A DNA stretch of 64,000 nucleotides from a virus (IMGVR_UViG_3300025012_000029:32001-96000), one strand, 5' to 3'; counted from the first letter of the stretch, positions 20,476 to 29,656 are shown. Notes: generated by a model from the sequence alone, not told the origin. Made by a program: numbers and translations.

Positions 20476-20483
20476 TAAGTAGT
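20476..20483 (-). promoter_or_regulatory. putative late promoter ACTACTTA
   Basis: Member of the intergenic ACTAnTTA family. Confidence 0.5.
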
Positions 20484-20494
20484 GTTTTTATGAA

Positions 20495-20749
20495 TTACTT
20501 TCTGTTTTTGCTTTTAGCTTTTTCCATTGCCTCTTTTTCTTTTTCAAGCTTCTTTACAACTTCCCCAGTCCAATAGTTGCGAAGCCCAATGGGCAAATTC
20601 CAGCTTTCAAAAACAGAAAAACCGGCATGATACTTCAAATCTAAAACTTGATCGTATACTGATTTTATATATTTGTCATTGAGGCCAAAAAAACTCGGCT
20701 CTAAAGGGAATCGCAACGCGAGAAAACGTGCCGCAAGCTTCACACTCAA
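20495..20749 (-). CDS. tail assembly chaperone C-terminal extension (GT-like frame, probably reached by frameshift)
   Basis: No ATG until codon 75; only a TTG start inside the upstream gene; shares a T7 run with the upstream frame. Confidence 0.65.
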   Translation of the reverse strand: MSVKLAARFLALRFPLEPSFFGLNDKYIKSVYDQVLDLKYHAGFSVFESWNLPIGLRNYWTGEVVKKLEKEKEAMEKAKSKNRK

Positions 20750-21524
20750 AATCTTGTCTTAAATCAAGATTCGGTATTATTCTTGCGTATTCCTCCCTAA
20801 CGAATTTTGAATGCTTTGCCAGCATCTCTTTATCAACATATTTTTCTATTGTTTCTCTATTTTTATCACCATCGATAGAGACAATGATAGCCTTGAGCTG
20901 ATCCCTCAAGGGAGATTCTGGTAAATTATGTTTTTTCTTATTCTCTGCTCTCATCTGAAGAGAGCGTTCGTCATTGCCAGTAAGCATTTTCAATTCGAGT
21001 TTAATGTCAGTATTTGGTAAAGTTATTTCAAATGTTCCATCACCTGAAATTAAAATATCTTCAGCTACCTCTTTTGGCTTAACTTCTCTGAGATCAAATT
21101 CGTGAGGTGCTCTTGTTCCGCACGCAGGACAGACTACATTTGTTTTATAAATTGGATCATATCCAATCATTCTAGCTGACATGACGACGGCATTTTTATC
21201 GCCAACAAACATTTCATCTACTTTAATTCTTTTATCAATAAGAAGACCTTGAATCATTCGTTCTAAAGCAATGCCCTTTTGAAGCAACGTTTTTGATGTT
21301 AAAATTTCCTCATCAGCGGCCGTCATGTGGCGAATTTCAACAAATTCAATATTATGAAGAGGATGATCTAATGAGTAAAATTTACCTTTCGTCGGCAGAT
21401 CTACTGCTTCTATGGGACTTGGAAATGATAAATTTGAGTTTATTTTTGGATCAATTTCTGGATCTGAAATTATTTTTTTGTTTTCATTTAATTCTTGACC
21501 CATACGATCAGTGTTACGTGACAT
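20676..21524 (-). CDS. tail/baseplate assembly chaperone (T4 gp26-like)
   Basis: LPTKG, MTAADEEIL, GDKNAV, two CxxC motifs, ends FFWPQ; between tube and TMP. Confidence 0.75.
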   Translation of the reverse strand: MSRNTDRMGQELNENKKIISDPEIDPKINSNLSFPSPIEAVDLPTKGKFYSLDHPLHNIEFVEIRHMTAADEEILTSKTLLQKGIALERMIQGLLIDKRIKVDEMFVGDKNAVVMSARMIGYDPIYKTNVVCPACGTRAPHEFDLREVKPKEVAEDILISGDGTFEITLPNTDIKLELKMLTGNDERSLQMRAENKKKHNLPESPLRDQLKAIIVSIDGDKNRETIEKYVDKEMLAKHSKFVREEYARIIPNLDLRQDFECEACGTFSRVAIPFRAEFFWPQ

Positions 21525-21580
21525 TCAATATACCTCTTTTGGTATTGTAGAACAAAAGAAGAAAATTTTTAAGAAAAAAA

Positions 21581-22174
21581 TTAAATGTTGCCTTCTGGCA
21601 AGGTTACGCCACCTTCTTGTTTAAAGGTACAGTCAGCAAAATCATATACCAAAGTAACATCCAATGCCATCATATCTTCGGAATCATAATCAAGTTCACC
21701 GAATTCTATATCTTTTATCCAGCATCCATGTAATCGCCATGTTTCTACTGAATCTCCATTATGATCGAGTTGATGAATTCTAGGTGTTCCCAATGCTCTA
21801 ACAGACGCACTTTTTGACATTGTTCGTGCTGTTCCATCCGATGAATCGATTGGACCAGTTGGCAACTGATATCCACTTTCTTGTAAGATCTTCAAGAAAA
21901 TGTTTGTAGTGTTGGGAGAAATAACATCTGCTACAGAAAAAGTAACTTCCTTCCATTTAATTTTTCCTGGGTAACTGAAAGTATGGTTTAAAAACTTATG
22001 CTCGGTCACCGACACTTCAAATCCTGGCTTTTTGACTTTTTTGATGAGATATTCTTGTATATCGAGAGCGGCCGTTTCGTCATCATTATCGACTTCTCCA
22101 CCAATAGAGAGAATAAATGTAAATTTCCTCTTGGGTTCCAACCCACCTTCTGAATAGTCTGACCAAAAAGCCAT
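21581..22174 (-). CDS. tail tube protein (gp19-like)
   Basis: EPKRKF, WKEVTF, WRLHGCWIKDIEFGELDY...LVYD; follows sheath. Confidence 0.88.
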   Translation of the reverse strand: MAFWSDYSEGGLEPKRKFTFILSIGGEVDNDDETAALDIQEYLIKKVKKPGFEVSVTEHKFLNHTFSYPGKIKWKEVTFSVADVISPNTTNIFLKILQESGYQLPTGPIDSSDGTARTMSKSASVRALGTPRIHQLDHNGDSVETWRLHGCWIKDIEFGELDYDSEDMMALDVTLVYDFADCTFKQEGGVTLPEGNI

Positions 22175-22194
22175 AATTGTTATCTCCTATAATT

Positions 22195-22202
22195 TAGATA
22201 GT
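22195..22202 (-). promoter_or_regulatory. putative late promoter ACTATCTA (variant)
   Basis: 20 nt upstream of the tube ATG, before the AGGAGA SD. Confidence 0.45.
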
Positions 22203-22217
22203 TACTAACTGTATTTT

Positions 22218-25067
22218 CTAGTCCTCAAAAGCACTTCCAGCACTAGTAATTACAAAATCCATCGCAATAAACTCAATTGCTCTAGCAGGCTTCAAATAAA
22301 TCTTGGCATACAAAATATTTCTATCTCTCAAATCTGCTGTAGTCGTAGTCTCATCAAGTATCACTTTATACTCTTCTAATCCAAATCGTGCCTTGACTCC
22401 ATCAAGGAACGGCTCAACTCGATTCAAGAATCTATCCCAAGTCGACTGAACATTTTGATCAAACAAAATAGTTGCTGCCATCCTAGAAATTTCAACCTTC
22501 AAATGGTTCATCAATAAACGAACATTAATCCTGTCTACTGCTGATGGAACAACTTGAAGTGTCTTTTGTCCAAATACAACAATTCCTTCTGCTGGGAAAG
22601 CAGCAATTGGATTAATATTAACTTCATAAAGTTTATCTCTCTCGCGAGAAGAAAGACGTTGCTTAATTCCTGTAACTGAAATTCCAGCAGCTCCCTGAGT
22701 TAGACCGCCACGAGTGAATCCAGCCGGAGCAAACCATAATTCTGATTTATTTTCAGTATTTGAAAGAACACCAAGGGCAATGACTGAAGGTGGCACCCAA
22801 ATACCAGCACCTGTTTCAGTATCTCTAATTTGAACCCATGGATAATAAGCAGAACCATAGCTATTATTTATAGCCCTATTTTTGAGATTAGATACCGTTG
22901 TATCAACATCTCCACGATTTGCTGTTGAGGCATCGCCACTGATATTCTCTGTTGTTGGAACATACCCGCCTTCAAGATCAATGATAGCCATAGCATCTCT
23001 ACGGTTTTCAGCGACGTTGAGAATGTGATCTGTAATCCCCGTATTTGTAATTCCAGGAGCAACAATCTTATTACATTCTACAACCTCTGGATCTGCTACT
23101 GTATCGATAGCGCGTTTTACGCTATTGAACTCATAGCTGGTTGTCTGTGTTTGTCCGGACATAACTCTATTATTGAATGGTTCTTTTTCAACAACATCAA
23201 CGCCATCAAAACCTCCAACAAGAGGCATTGTAAATCTATCAAATCCAGCGTCGAGCACAGCAACATAAGAACCAGTTTCAGCCGTGAATGATGTTCCAGC
23301 TCCACGGGAACCGGATGTCCATTGCGCATCTACAGTTCCAAGACGTTTTACATCATCAAGAGTAAAAACAAATGCGTGTTCTAGGCTTGAATTGGAATCT
23401 GGATCGTCTTCGAGTCCTTCTGGTAATTTACGAAGCACATCTCCATAACTATTTTCAAATCTAATGCTATTCTTTCGTCCTGAATCAATTCCGAAATACG
23501 CTTCTCTCGGAGTTGAAACTGTTCCTTCTCTCGTTGTAGAGCGAAGGGGAAGGGTTGGAAATACGAACGAACCAGTGAATGGAACACTGCCAACATTCAT
23601 AAATACAGAGGCATTGGCTTTTGAATTTACAACATCAGCATTTCCTGCCGCAAAGACACCAGTGAAATCATTTCCAGAAGTGGTTGAACCAAATGTTTGA
23701 GCTTCGGAAGCACCAGATACAATTGTATATCCTTTAAAACGAACTGGTCCCAAGAAACCAAATGGAAGAAGTTCTTTATGTGTTGCGCCAGCATTTACAT
23801 CTGGATTTACATCAACATAAACATATCGAGATTGATTTGGATAATCTCCAAATTCTCTAAATCTTCTTTCTACATCATCCCACTGCATAAATTTATCGCC
23901 AATCTTTTTGGCAATATATCCCGGAGAGAATGGATTGAGATTACATCCTGTAAACCTCTCAACAACTTGAGGAGCATTATCATTATCTTTAGCTGTTCTA
24001 ATGACAACTGTAAACGTTCCATATGGATCTTCTTGATTCAAAGAAGATTTAATGTCTGCGATAGAAATCTTTAGATTTTTATGTTCCCACTCTCCTGAAT
24101 CGTGCGATTTGAGTCGAAAGAGTTTGGTCATATTCAGAGGATTAAAAGAAGGTCCTGCGGCATTCAAATCTTGAGAAATAACCCAACCAGTTTTGGCAGG
24201 AGACATATCCATCTCTTGATCATTTTGATTTATTGTTCCACTTTGAAGTGAAAGAATCACACCATATTGTCCGCCCGAAGAACTTCCAGATATAAGATCG
24301 GCAATTGAACGATCAAATGTTTCGCCCAAGAAATATTTCTTTCTTTGACTTGTTTGTGTAATAGATGAGTTGAGAAGTGTTGGATTTGTATTAAACACGC
24401 TTCTAATATATTTCTTTGAACTTGTATTGAAGTTAAAAGAAACTGTATCAGTTGTTGTGCCAGAAGAATTTTTAACCAATGCCTTGAGTTCTTTATCTGT
24501 TCCTTGGCTCGCAATCAAAACGGCTGTCCCTGTTACAGCTTGATTATTGCGATTACTTCCTGAAAGTTCAATTGAACCTTCAGAAAGATAAAAAATAGCA
24601 GCTAATGAACCAGTATTGGCAGACGTAGCAGATCCAGAATCAATTAAGAATAAACCAAATGCGCCACCTGTCCCAAGCGTAGCGTCATGAGATGAACCAA
24701 CTGCCCAACCAGCAGCACCAGCGGCAGTGGCATCAGGATGTTCAGCACCTAACAAACGGATAAATGTTAAAACATTGCTATTTTTCAAATGTGCTTGTGC
24801 AGCATATGCAGCATAAGTTGGAGCTAAACGATTTCCATCTCTCCATACATCTCCACCATTACCACCAGCAATAGGATTACCAAATATTTCAACAAATTCT
24901 GAAAATGAACCCACCGTTACTGGTCGAAGCGCTGGTCCTCTTTCAGTACGTCCAATGACAACAGGTCCTATACCTTTTCGGACACCTGGAAGGCGCGAAT
25001 TGTCTACTTCTGCTATTTGAATTCCTGGTGAAACGAATTTAAACTTTGTAAAGTTGCTGCCGGCCAT
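22218..25067 (-). CDS. tail sheath protein (gp18-like)
   Basis: SPG, YYPWV, VPPS, WFAPAGFTRG, INPI, FGQKTLQ, DRINVR motifs. Confidence 0.95.
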   Translation of the reverse strand: MAGSNFTKFKFVSPGIQIAEVDNSRLPGVRKGIGPVVIGRTERGPALRPVTVGSFSEFVEIFGNPIAGGNGGDVWRDGNRLAPTYAAYAAQAHLKNSNVLTFIRLLGAEHPDATAAGAAGWAVGSSHDATLGTGGAFGLFLIDSGSATSANTGSLAAIFYLSEGSIELSGSNRNNQAVTGTAVLIASQGTDKELKALVKNSSGTTTDTVSFNFNTSSKKYIRSVFNTNPTLLNSSITQTSQRKKYFLGETFDRSIADLISGSSSGGQYGVILSLQSGTINQNDQEMDMSPAKTGWVISQDLNAAGPSFNPLNMTKLFRLKSHDSGEWEHKNLKISIADIKSSLNQEDPYGTFTVVIRTAKDNDNAPQVVERFTGCNLNPFSPGYIAKKIGDKFMQWDDVERRFREFGDYPNQSRYVYVDVNPDVNAGATHKELLPFGFLGPVRFKGYTIVSGASEAQTFGSTTSGNDFTGVFAAGNADVVNSKANASVFMNVGSVPFTGSFVFPTLPLRSTTREGTVSTPREAYFGIDSGRKNSIRFENSYGDVLRKLPEGLEDDPDSNSSLEHAFVFTLDDVKRLGTVDAQWTSGSRGAGTSFTAETGSYVAVLDAGFDRFTMPLVGGFDGVDVVEKEPFNNRVMSGQTQTTSYEFNSVKRAIDTVADPEVVECNKIVAPGITNTGITDHILNVAENRRDAMAIIDLEGGYVPTTENISGDASTANRGDVDTTVSNLKNRAINNSYGSAYYPWVQIRDTETGAGIWVPPSVIALGVLSNTENKSELWFAPAGFTRGGLTQGAAGISVTGIKQRLSSRERDKLYEVNINPIAAFPAEGIVVFGQKTLQVVPSAVDRINVRLLMNHLKVEISRMAATILFDQNVQSTWDRFLNRVEPFLDGVKARFGLEEYKVILDETTTTADLRDRNILYAKIYLKPARAIEFIAMDFVITSAGSAFED

Positions 25068-25123
25068 TGTTGAATTCTCCTTCAGTAAGATAAAATAATG
25101 CTAATTATTAAAATCTTCTTATT

Positions 25124-25131
25124 TAAATAGT
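25124..25131 (-). promoter_or_regulatory. putative late promoter ACTATTTA
   Basis: Intergenic, upstream of sheath. Confidence 0.55.
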
Positions 25132-25198
25132 ACAAAAAACAACGAACGGAACGCTTTCTATTAAAATAGACCTAATGGTATGTTATGATTAAAAAATA

Positions 25199-25362
25199 AT
25201 GAAAAAATGCTCTAAATGTAAAGTTGAAAAAATCTGAATGAATTCCACAACAGAAACGATAGAAAAAGTGGCAAATGTTCAAAATGCAAAAAATGTGCTT
25301 TGAAATATAGAAAAGAGTATTACAGTAAACCCGAAAAAAGAAAACATAAGAAAGGGCAATAG
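25199..25362 (+). pseudogene. frameshifted, truncated Zn-finger N-terminus of an HNH/EndoVII-type endonuclease
   Basis: Restoring one A in the A6 run (25227-25232) gives MKKCSKCKVEKNLNEFHNRNDRKSGKCSKCKKC...; stop at 25360-25362. Confidence 0.65.
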
Positions 25363-25367
25363 GATAA

Positions 25368-26195
25368 TCACGGTTTATATTTTCCATAACCTGGAAAAAT
25401 AGGATTATCTCCCAATATTACTTTTTCTCTTGGAAATTTTATTTCTACAGCATTTTCTCTTACTGTTACATATGGATATTTTTCATTATCCCCAGCAGAT
25501 ATTAAATAACCAAAAACTTTAATCGAAATAGTCGTTTCAAATTTTCGTGACTCTTCAGTCATATCATCTAAATTATTTTCTTGTTTAAATTCTTCCTGAA
25601 TAAATGCTTCGTATTTATGTCCGTCTCTTTCCAACATAACTCTATGAACAGAACCAGGCATAGTGATAAATGGCTGTAAAATAGTATTCATTTGTTGTTG
25701 ATATTCTGTTATTATTTTAACTTCATACATAATTTCGTTGTATACTGGCTGTGGAATGCTATAAATTTCGTAAACTATTTTTTCATTTTTCTTCGAAGAC
25801 GGAAAGTTTATTTTCCCCACTTTTCTGAACGCGTCAGCATTCGCAAAATTAGCTGTTTTATCCTGCTTGATTCTTTTGGCAATTGTTATAGAACCACCTT
25901 TGTAGTCGTTGATTTTGGGAATATTGGCAAAAAATTTGCCCTTACTTTCGTTATTCTTTGTAATAGATTCTCGTTTGATACTAATAATTGGATATAATAA
26001 AGTTCCTGCTAGATCACGCTCAGTTGCGTTATCTTTGGATTGCTTATATCTCTCATTTCCTGCCCAAACAACAGGAACCTTTTCCCATCCTTTATGAGTT
26101 TCACAAAAAGAATTCATTTTATCATTTATGAAATCATAAACAGAGAAATCTATAGTTTCTAATGTAGATGGCAGTATTTGTATACGTTTTTCCAT
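25368..26195 (-). CDS. tail terminator/neck protein (gp15-like)
   Basis: ETIDFS, YPIISI, PQPV..Y pattern; between neck genes and sheath. Confidence 0.6.
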   Translation of the reverse strand: MEKRIQILPSTLETIDFSVYDFINDKMNSFCETHKGWEKVPVVWAGNERYKQSKDNATERDLAGTLLYPIISIKRESITKNNESKGKFFANIPKINDYKGGSITIAKRIKQDKTANFANADAFRKVGKINFPSSKKNEKIVYEIYSIPQPVYNEIMYEVKIITEYQQQMNTILQPFITMPGSVHRVMLERDGHKYEAFIQEEFKQENNLDDMTEESRKFETTISIKVFGYLISAGDNEKYPYVTVRENAVEIKFPREKVILGDNPIFPGYGKYKP

Positions 26196-26198
26196 TTA

Positions 26199-26915
26199 TT
26201 ATACAAACTCCGCATTGTGCATCTGATCAAATAGATGTCCACTTACTTTTGTCAAAAACTGTTCAAAATCTGCTCTCCCGTCAAATCCTGCTTGTAATGT
26301 TTTATCTTCTATTGCCGCTGATAAATCTTTATGATTTTTTGTAAGTTTTTCCATCAATGATTTCATCTTGCTAATTTCATCTGGGTTTAAATAATATGCT
26401 TTATTTATTGTATTTTTACTTACATAACAATCATCTTCTTCTGGTGGTGTTTTTGGACTCCCAATATCGTCAAAATCTTTAGACGTTGCTGGCAATCTGT
26501 CATATACTTTTTGTGCTAATTTACTTGTTCCGCCTCTATCTCCTGTCGTAGGTTGTGGAGCAGAATATGCCATTATCATTTTATAAAGTAGAGTTCCATA
26601 TCCTTTATTTCGATACATTTTATTTACTGCTGAAAGTCCTATCTCTTTTGCTCCATAGCAATTACCTTTGTCTGAAAAAATAGGTTCACTCTTTATCATT
26701 CCAATGGCAATACCTTCATTAACAAAGTGGTATACTGTATTTTGAACAGATTTGGTTATATACTCATCTATGCTATCAACAAGCATTTTTCCATCATACA
26801 ATAGAAAATAAACATATTTTCCGTCACCTTTAGCTCTAATTTGTAAACACCAACCCTGTGACTCAGATATGTCTTCTTTCAGATACTTTCGGAAGTTTTC
26901 GAATAATAGATACAT
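26199..26915 (-). CDS. GNAT-like protein with N-terminal MYLLFENFRKYLKE peptide
   Basis: SAVNKMYRNKGYGTLLY matches GNAT motif A (R/QxxGxG). Confidence 0.55.
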   Translation of the reverse strand: MYLLFENFRKYLKEDISESQGWCLQIRAKGDGKYVYFLLYDGKMLVDSIDEYITKSVQNTVYHFVNEGIAIGMIKSEPIFSDKGNCYGAKEIGLSAVNKMYRNKGYGTLLYKMIMAYSAPQPTTGDRGGTSKLAQKVYDRLPATSKDFDDIGSPKTPPEEDDCYVSKNTINKAYYLNPDEISKMKSLMEKLTKNHKDLSAAIEDKTLQAGFDGRADFEQFLTKVSGHLFDQMHNAEFV

Positions 26916-26995
26916 TATTGTTCACTCCAAGATTCGCCTCTGATAATTCTATAAATTAGGTTAGTTATTTTATATATTCCGCTTTTATTGTCCAT
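26915..26995 (-). pseudogene. 26-aa GIY-YIG scar (N- and C-termini fused)
   Basis: MDNKSGIYKITNLI+YRIIRGESWSEQ; ATG overlaps the upstream gene end, TAATG overlap with the downstream gene. Confidence 0.7.
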
Positions 26996-27473
26996 TGAAA
27001 ATATCCTTCCTAGCTTGCAAACACTTCGCTGAAATCTCTACTTTATTATTTACTTGTCCAAACATTTCTCTTGGTTCTATGAGGTTCAAAATTTCATAAT
27101 AGTTACATCCATAGGCAATGAAGTCTCCTTCTCTCACAAAAAGATTTTGGTCCTCTGTCAATCTTCTTTTATGAAAATGAACAATGAGATTTGCTAAATG
27201 GTCTACTCCATAGTTTGTAGTTGTAGATGGATTATCTTTCCACTCAATTAGAACATGAACATGAACAGGAGGAAGAAATGTTTTTTTGATCGATTCTCCA
27301 TAGAGAGAATGATAATTTGTGTGTTCTAAAGAAATTGGATAATATAAGATTTGTTGTCCTATAATTTTCTCTAATAATTCATCATTGACTTGCTTTACGA
27401 AGTCTCTTTCTTTCTGTCCCACATAGAGAGGTGAAGGAGGAGCATCTAATACATCCCATTTATTTTCAGACAT
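26985..27473 (-). CDS. neck/head-closure protein (gp14-like)
   Basis: YGESIKK, VREGDF, YYEI pattern; position in neck cluster. Confidence 0.6.
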   Translation of the reverse strand: MSENKWDVLDAPPSPLYVGQKERDFVKQVNDELLEKIIGQQILYYPISLEHTNYHSLYGESIKKTFLPPVHVHVLIEWKDNPSTTTNYGVDHLANLIVHFHKRRLTEDQNLFVREGDFIAYGCNYYEILNLIEPREMFGQVNNKVEISAKCLQARKDIFNGQ

Positions 27474-27476
27474 AAG

Positions 27477-28196
27477 TTATTCTTCCTTAACATCCGAAGT
27501 GGATAATTTTTCTAAATATCTGGATATAATCTTTATTCCGTCTTTCGATAACGATACTTTATTTCCGGTAGATAGTTGTCCTAAATAATACATTTTAACC
27601 GGCTGCACTGACCATAATTCTTGTGTTTCTTTGGCATCTGGAACACATCCATAAAATTGATTTCTCCATTTAGGTGGAAGCAGTGATGGCGCGATGAAAT
27701 TATAATCGAAACTCCTAGCTAGGCTGGGTGGTTGTTCTTCTAACCAATCTCTAATATTAAAATTCCCTCCATATGGAGAAGCATTTGTTCGAGGGCATTT
27801 TTTAATGTGCGCTTTCAAAGAAATTGTTGGAATATCGTCATCTGATATCTCAACAAAATCTACTGCATAAACATACAATATGGTTTTTTGATGTGACGAC
27901 AACTGTAAAGCTTCTAGTGCTTTTTCTACAGAAGGAGCTAATGAAACTCTATTTGTAAAATCATCTTCAATAACATTTCCCTCAGCATCGGAATACGGAA
28001 TAGCAGGTGTCCTTGGAGTGAATCTAAAAGGTTTATTTCCGTTTAAACGCTCTGAAGATAAATGAAAATACTTAAAAATCTTTTTTAATGTCATAGAAGA
28101 GATAGTATTATCGCTTTTAGCGTCTTTTTTGATAACTGCTTCCATCAGTGGCTTGTCAAGATAGTTCCTAAAATTTTCAAATAATATATAAAGCAT
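27477..28196 (-). CDS. possible ADP-ribosyltransferase-fold protein with N-terminal MLYILFENFRNYL peptide
   Basis: FHLSS, FTPRTP, ED...RVSLAPS, ELWS resemble ART core strands; ATG at 28196 preferred over TTG at 28211. Confidence 0.4.
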   Translation of the reverse strand: MLYILFENFRNYLDKPLMEAVIKKDAKSDNTISSMTLKKIFKYFHLSSERLNGNKPFRFTPRTPAIPYSDAEGNVIEDDFTNRVSLAPSVEKALEALQLSSHQKTILYVYAVDFVEISDDDIPTISLKAHIKKCPRTNASPYGGNFNIRDWLEEQPPSLARSFDYNFIAPSLLPPKWRNQFYGCVPDAKETQELWSVQPVKMYYLGQLSTGNKVSLSKDGIKIISRYLEKLSTSDVKEE

Positions 28197-28201
28197 ATTT
28201 C

Positions 28202-28246
28202 TTATATCCAAATTTTATTGATTATTTTATAAATTCCACTTTTCAT
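28202..28246 (-). pseudogene. 14-aa GIY-YIG scar
   Basis: ATG AAA AGT GGA ATT TAT AAA ATA ATC AAT AAA ATT TGG ATA TAA = MKSGIYKIINKIWI. Confidence 0.65.
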
Positions 28247-28254
28247 ATCATTTC

Positions 28255-29556
28255 TTAACCAACAAATATTGAACGTGGGACATAAGTTTGAACTCTACCA
28301 GCCTGCTCAACAATGTTCGCTTCCTTTTCTGCCAACTTATCATAAGTTGTCTCTTCCAACTGAAGTTTTAATTCTTCTCTCAACGCTTCCATTTCTTCTT
28401 TTGCTTGTGCAGCAAGTTCGGCATAATTCAATGTTATATCATTTCCTGGAATTGGAATTGTTGTCATTTTTCCTCTGGCATGAGAAAGCATCTCTTTAGC
28501 AATTGCCAAAGAAAATCTCCTTATCCACTGTTTGCCCATGCTGTTAATAGAATCATATGGAATGTTTTCAAATGGAAGATTATTGAGATTATTGACTCCT
28601 CCGATGCCAGCACTACCTCCAAGAGAATTTCCCATTGAATCCACATACTCGGTTAATGGATTTGGATCAATTGAAAAATCAAACCAAATCTTTTTTGGAG
28701 ACAACCCGGACGGAACTGGGAAAAGTCTCAATTTGTTATTTTTGAGTTCATAAGTATAATGAGAAGCTCTTGTATAAAGATTCATTTCGTATGTCATTGC
28801 TTGTAGTTTATTTTGCCAAGCAGGAACAACATCAAATGTTGAATCATCGGCATATTGTCCGTATGTGTTGAGATTTCCTACGACTGTCAAACCACCATAA
28901 TATCCAAAGAATCTCCACATAGCGTGTGGCGATTTATACCAAACTTTATTTATTCTTATCCTTGCTCCATTGGCACTATTGACATAAGAAGTATAATCAA
29001 CGCTTCCTATTGCTGCCGATGATGATACAATAGCTTGTAAATCATAATCTTGTATTCCATCAATAATATCAATTGAAGCAGAAAAATAAGGAACAGTTCC
29101 TCCAATACCAGCTTCATAAGCTAATTCATCTCCAACCCTTCTAGCATATGCCACTGTAAATCGTGGAAATTTTAGAGCAGCATTTGAACCGCTCATTGCA
29201 GAACCAGAAACTATTTGTCCATCTGAGTTAAATGAGCCCGTGGGAGAACCCAAAAAGCTTGATAAAGAGCTTTTAGCTTGGTATAAATTAATAATATATG
29301 AATATTCTAATACAGCGCGCTCATAAGCAGCATAAATATTACAGTCCGTTAATTCTATATCAAGAATATCGCCAGCAAGCATCTTGAATGTGAAAGATAC
29401 TTGGTCGTAAGCTCCGGAAATGAAGTTGGAAGAATTAGCATAAATTCCAATTGGAAGGGAGTCTACGATATTATCATATGATCCGGTTCTTGGAAGTGTA
29501 ATCCTAGACGTTATTGAACGTGGAGTTAAATCTGGTGGAGTTTGACAAGTTGACAT
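28255..29556 (-). CDS. neck/head-tail adaptor (gp13-like)
   Basis: DIELTD, WIRRFSLA, GNDITLN pattern; first gene after MCP; ATG at 29556. Confidence 0.7.
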   Translation of the reverse strand: MSTCQTPPDLTPRSITSRITLPRTGSYDNIVDSLPIGIYANSSNFISGAYDQVSFTFKMLAGDILDIELTDCNIYAAYERAVLEYSYIINLYQAKSSLSSFLGSPTGSFNSDGQIVSGSAMSGSNAALKFPRFTVAYARRVGDELAYEAGIGGTVPYFSASIDIIDGIQDYDLQAIVSSSAAIGSVDYTSYVNSANGARIRINKVWYKSPHAMWRFFGYYGGLTVVGNLNTYGQYADDSTFDVVPAWQNKLQAMTYEMNLYTRASHYTYELKNNKLRLFPVPSGLSPKKIWFDFSIDPNPLTEYVDSMGNSLGGSAGIGGVNNLNNLPFENIPYDSINSMGKQWIRRFSLAIAKEMLSHARGKMTTIPIPGNDITLNYAELAAQAKEEMEALREELKLQLEETTYDKLAEKEANIVEQAGRVQTYVPRSIFVG

Positions 29557-29562
29557 CAATAA

Positions 29563-29570
29563 TAAATAGT
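29563..29570 (-). promoter_or_regulatory. putative late promoter ACTATTTA, 6 nt before ATG
   Basis: ACTATTTA-TTATTG-ATG with no SD. Confidence 0.55.
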
Positions 29571-29624
29571 TTAAGTTATCTTATTGTGCTTTTTCTCATT
29601 GTCTTCTACTAATACAAAGGCAAT

Positions 29625-29656
29625 AAAAAAGGGATGGTAGGCCGCCCTACCATCCC
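29625..29656 (-). terminator. intrinsic terminator after major capsid gene
   Basis: 11-bp stem GGGATGGTAGG/CCTACCATCCC, 4-nt loop, T6 tract. Confidence 0.88.

Noticed and set aside
25172-25387. 71-aa minus-strand ORF from the track
   Set aside because: It is the antisense of the plus-strand Zn-finger relic; Phe/Cys-rich composition, no SD.
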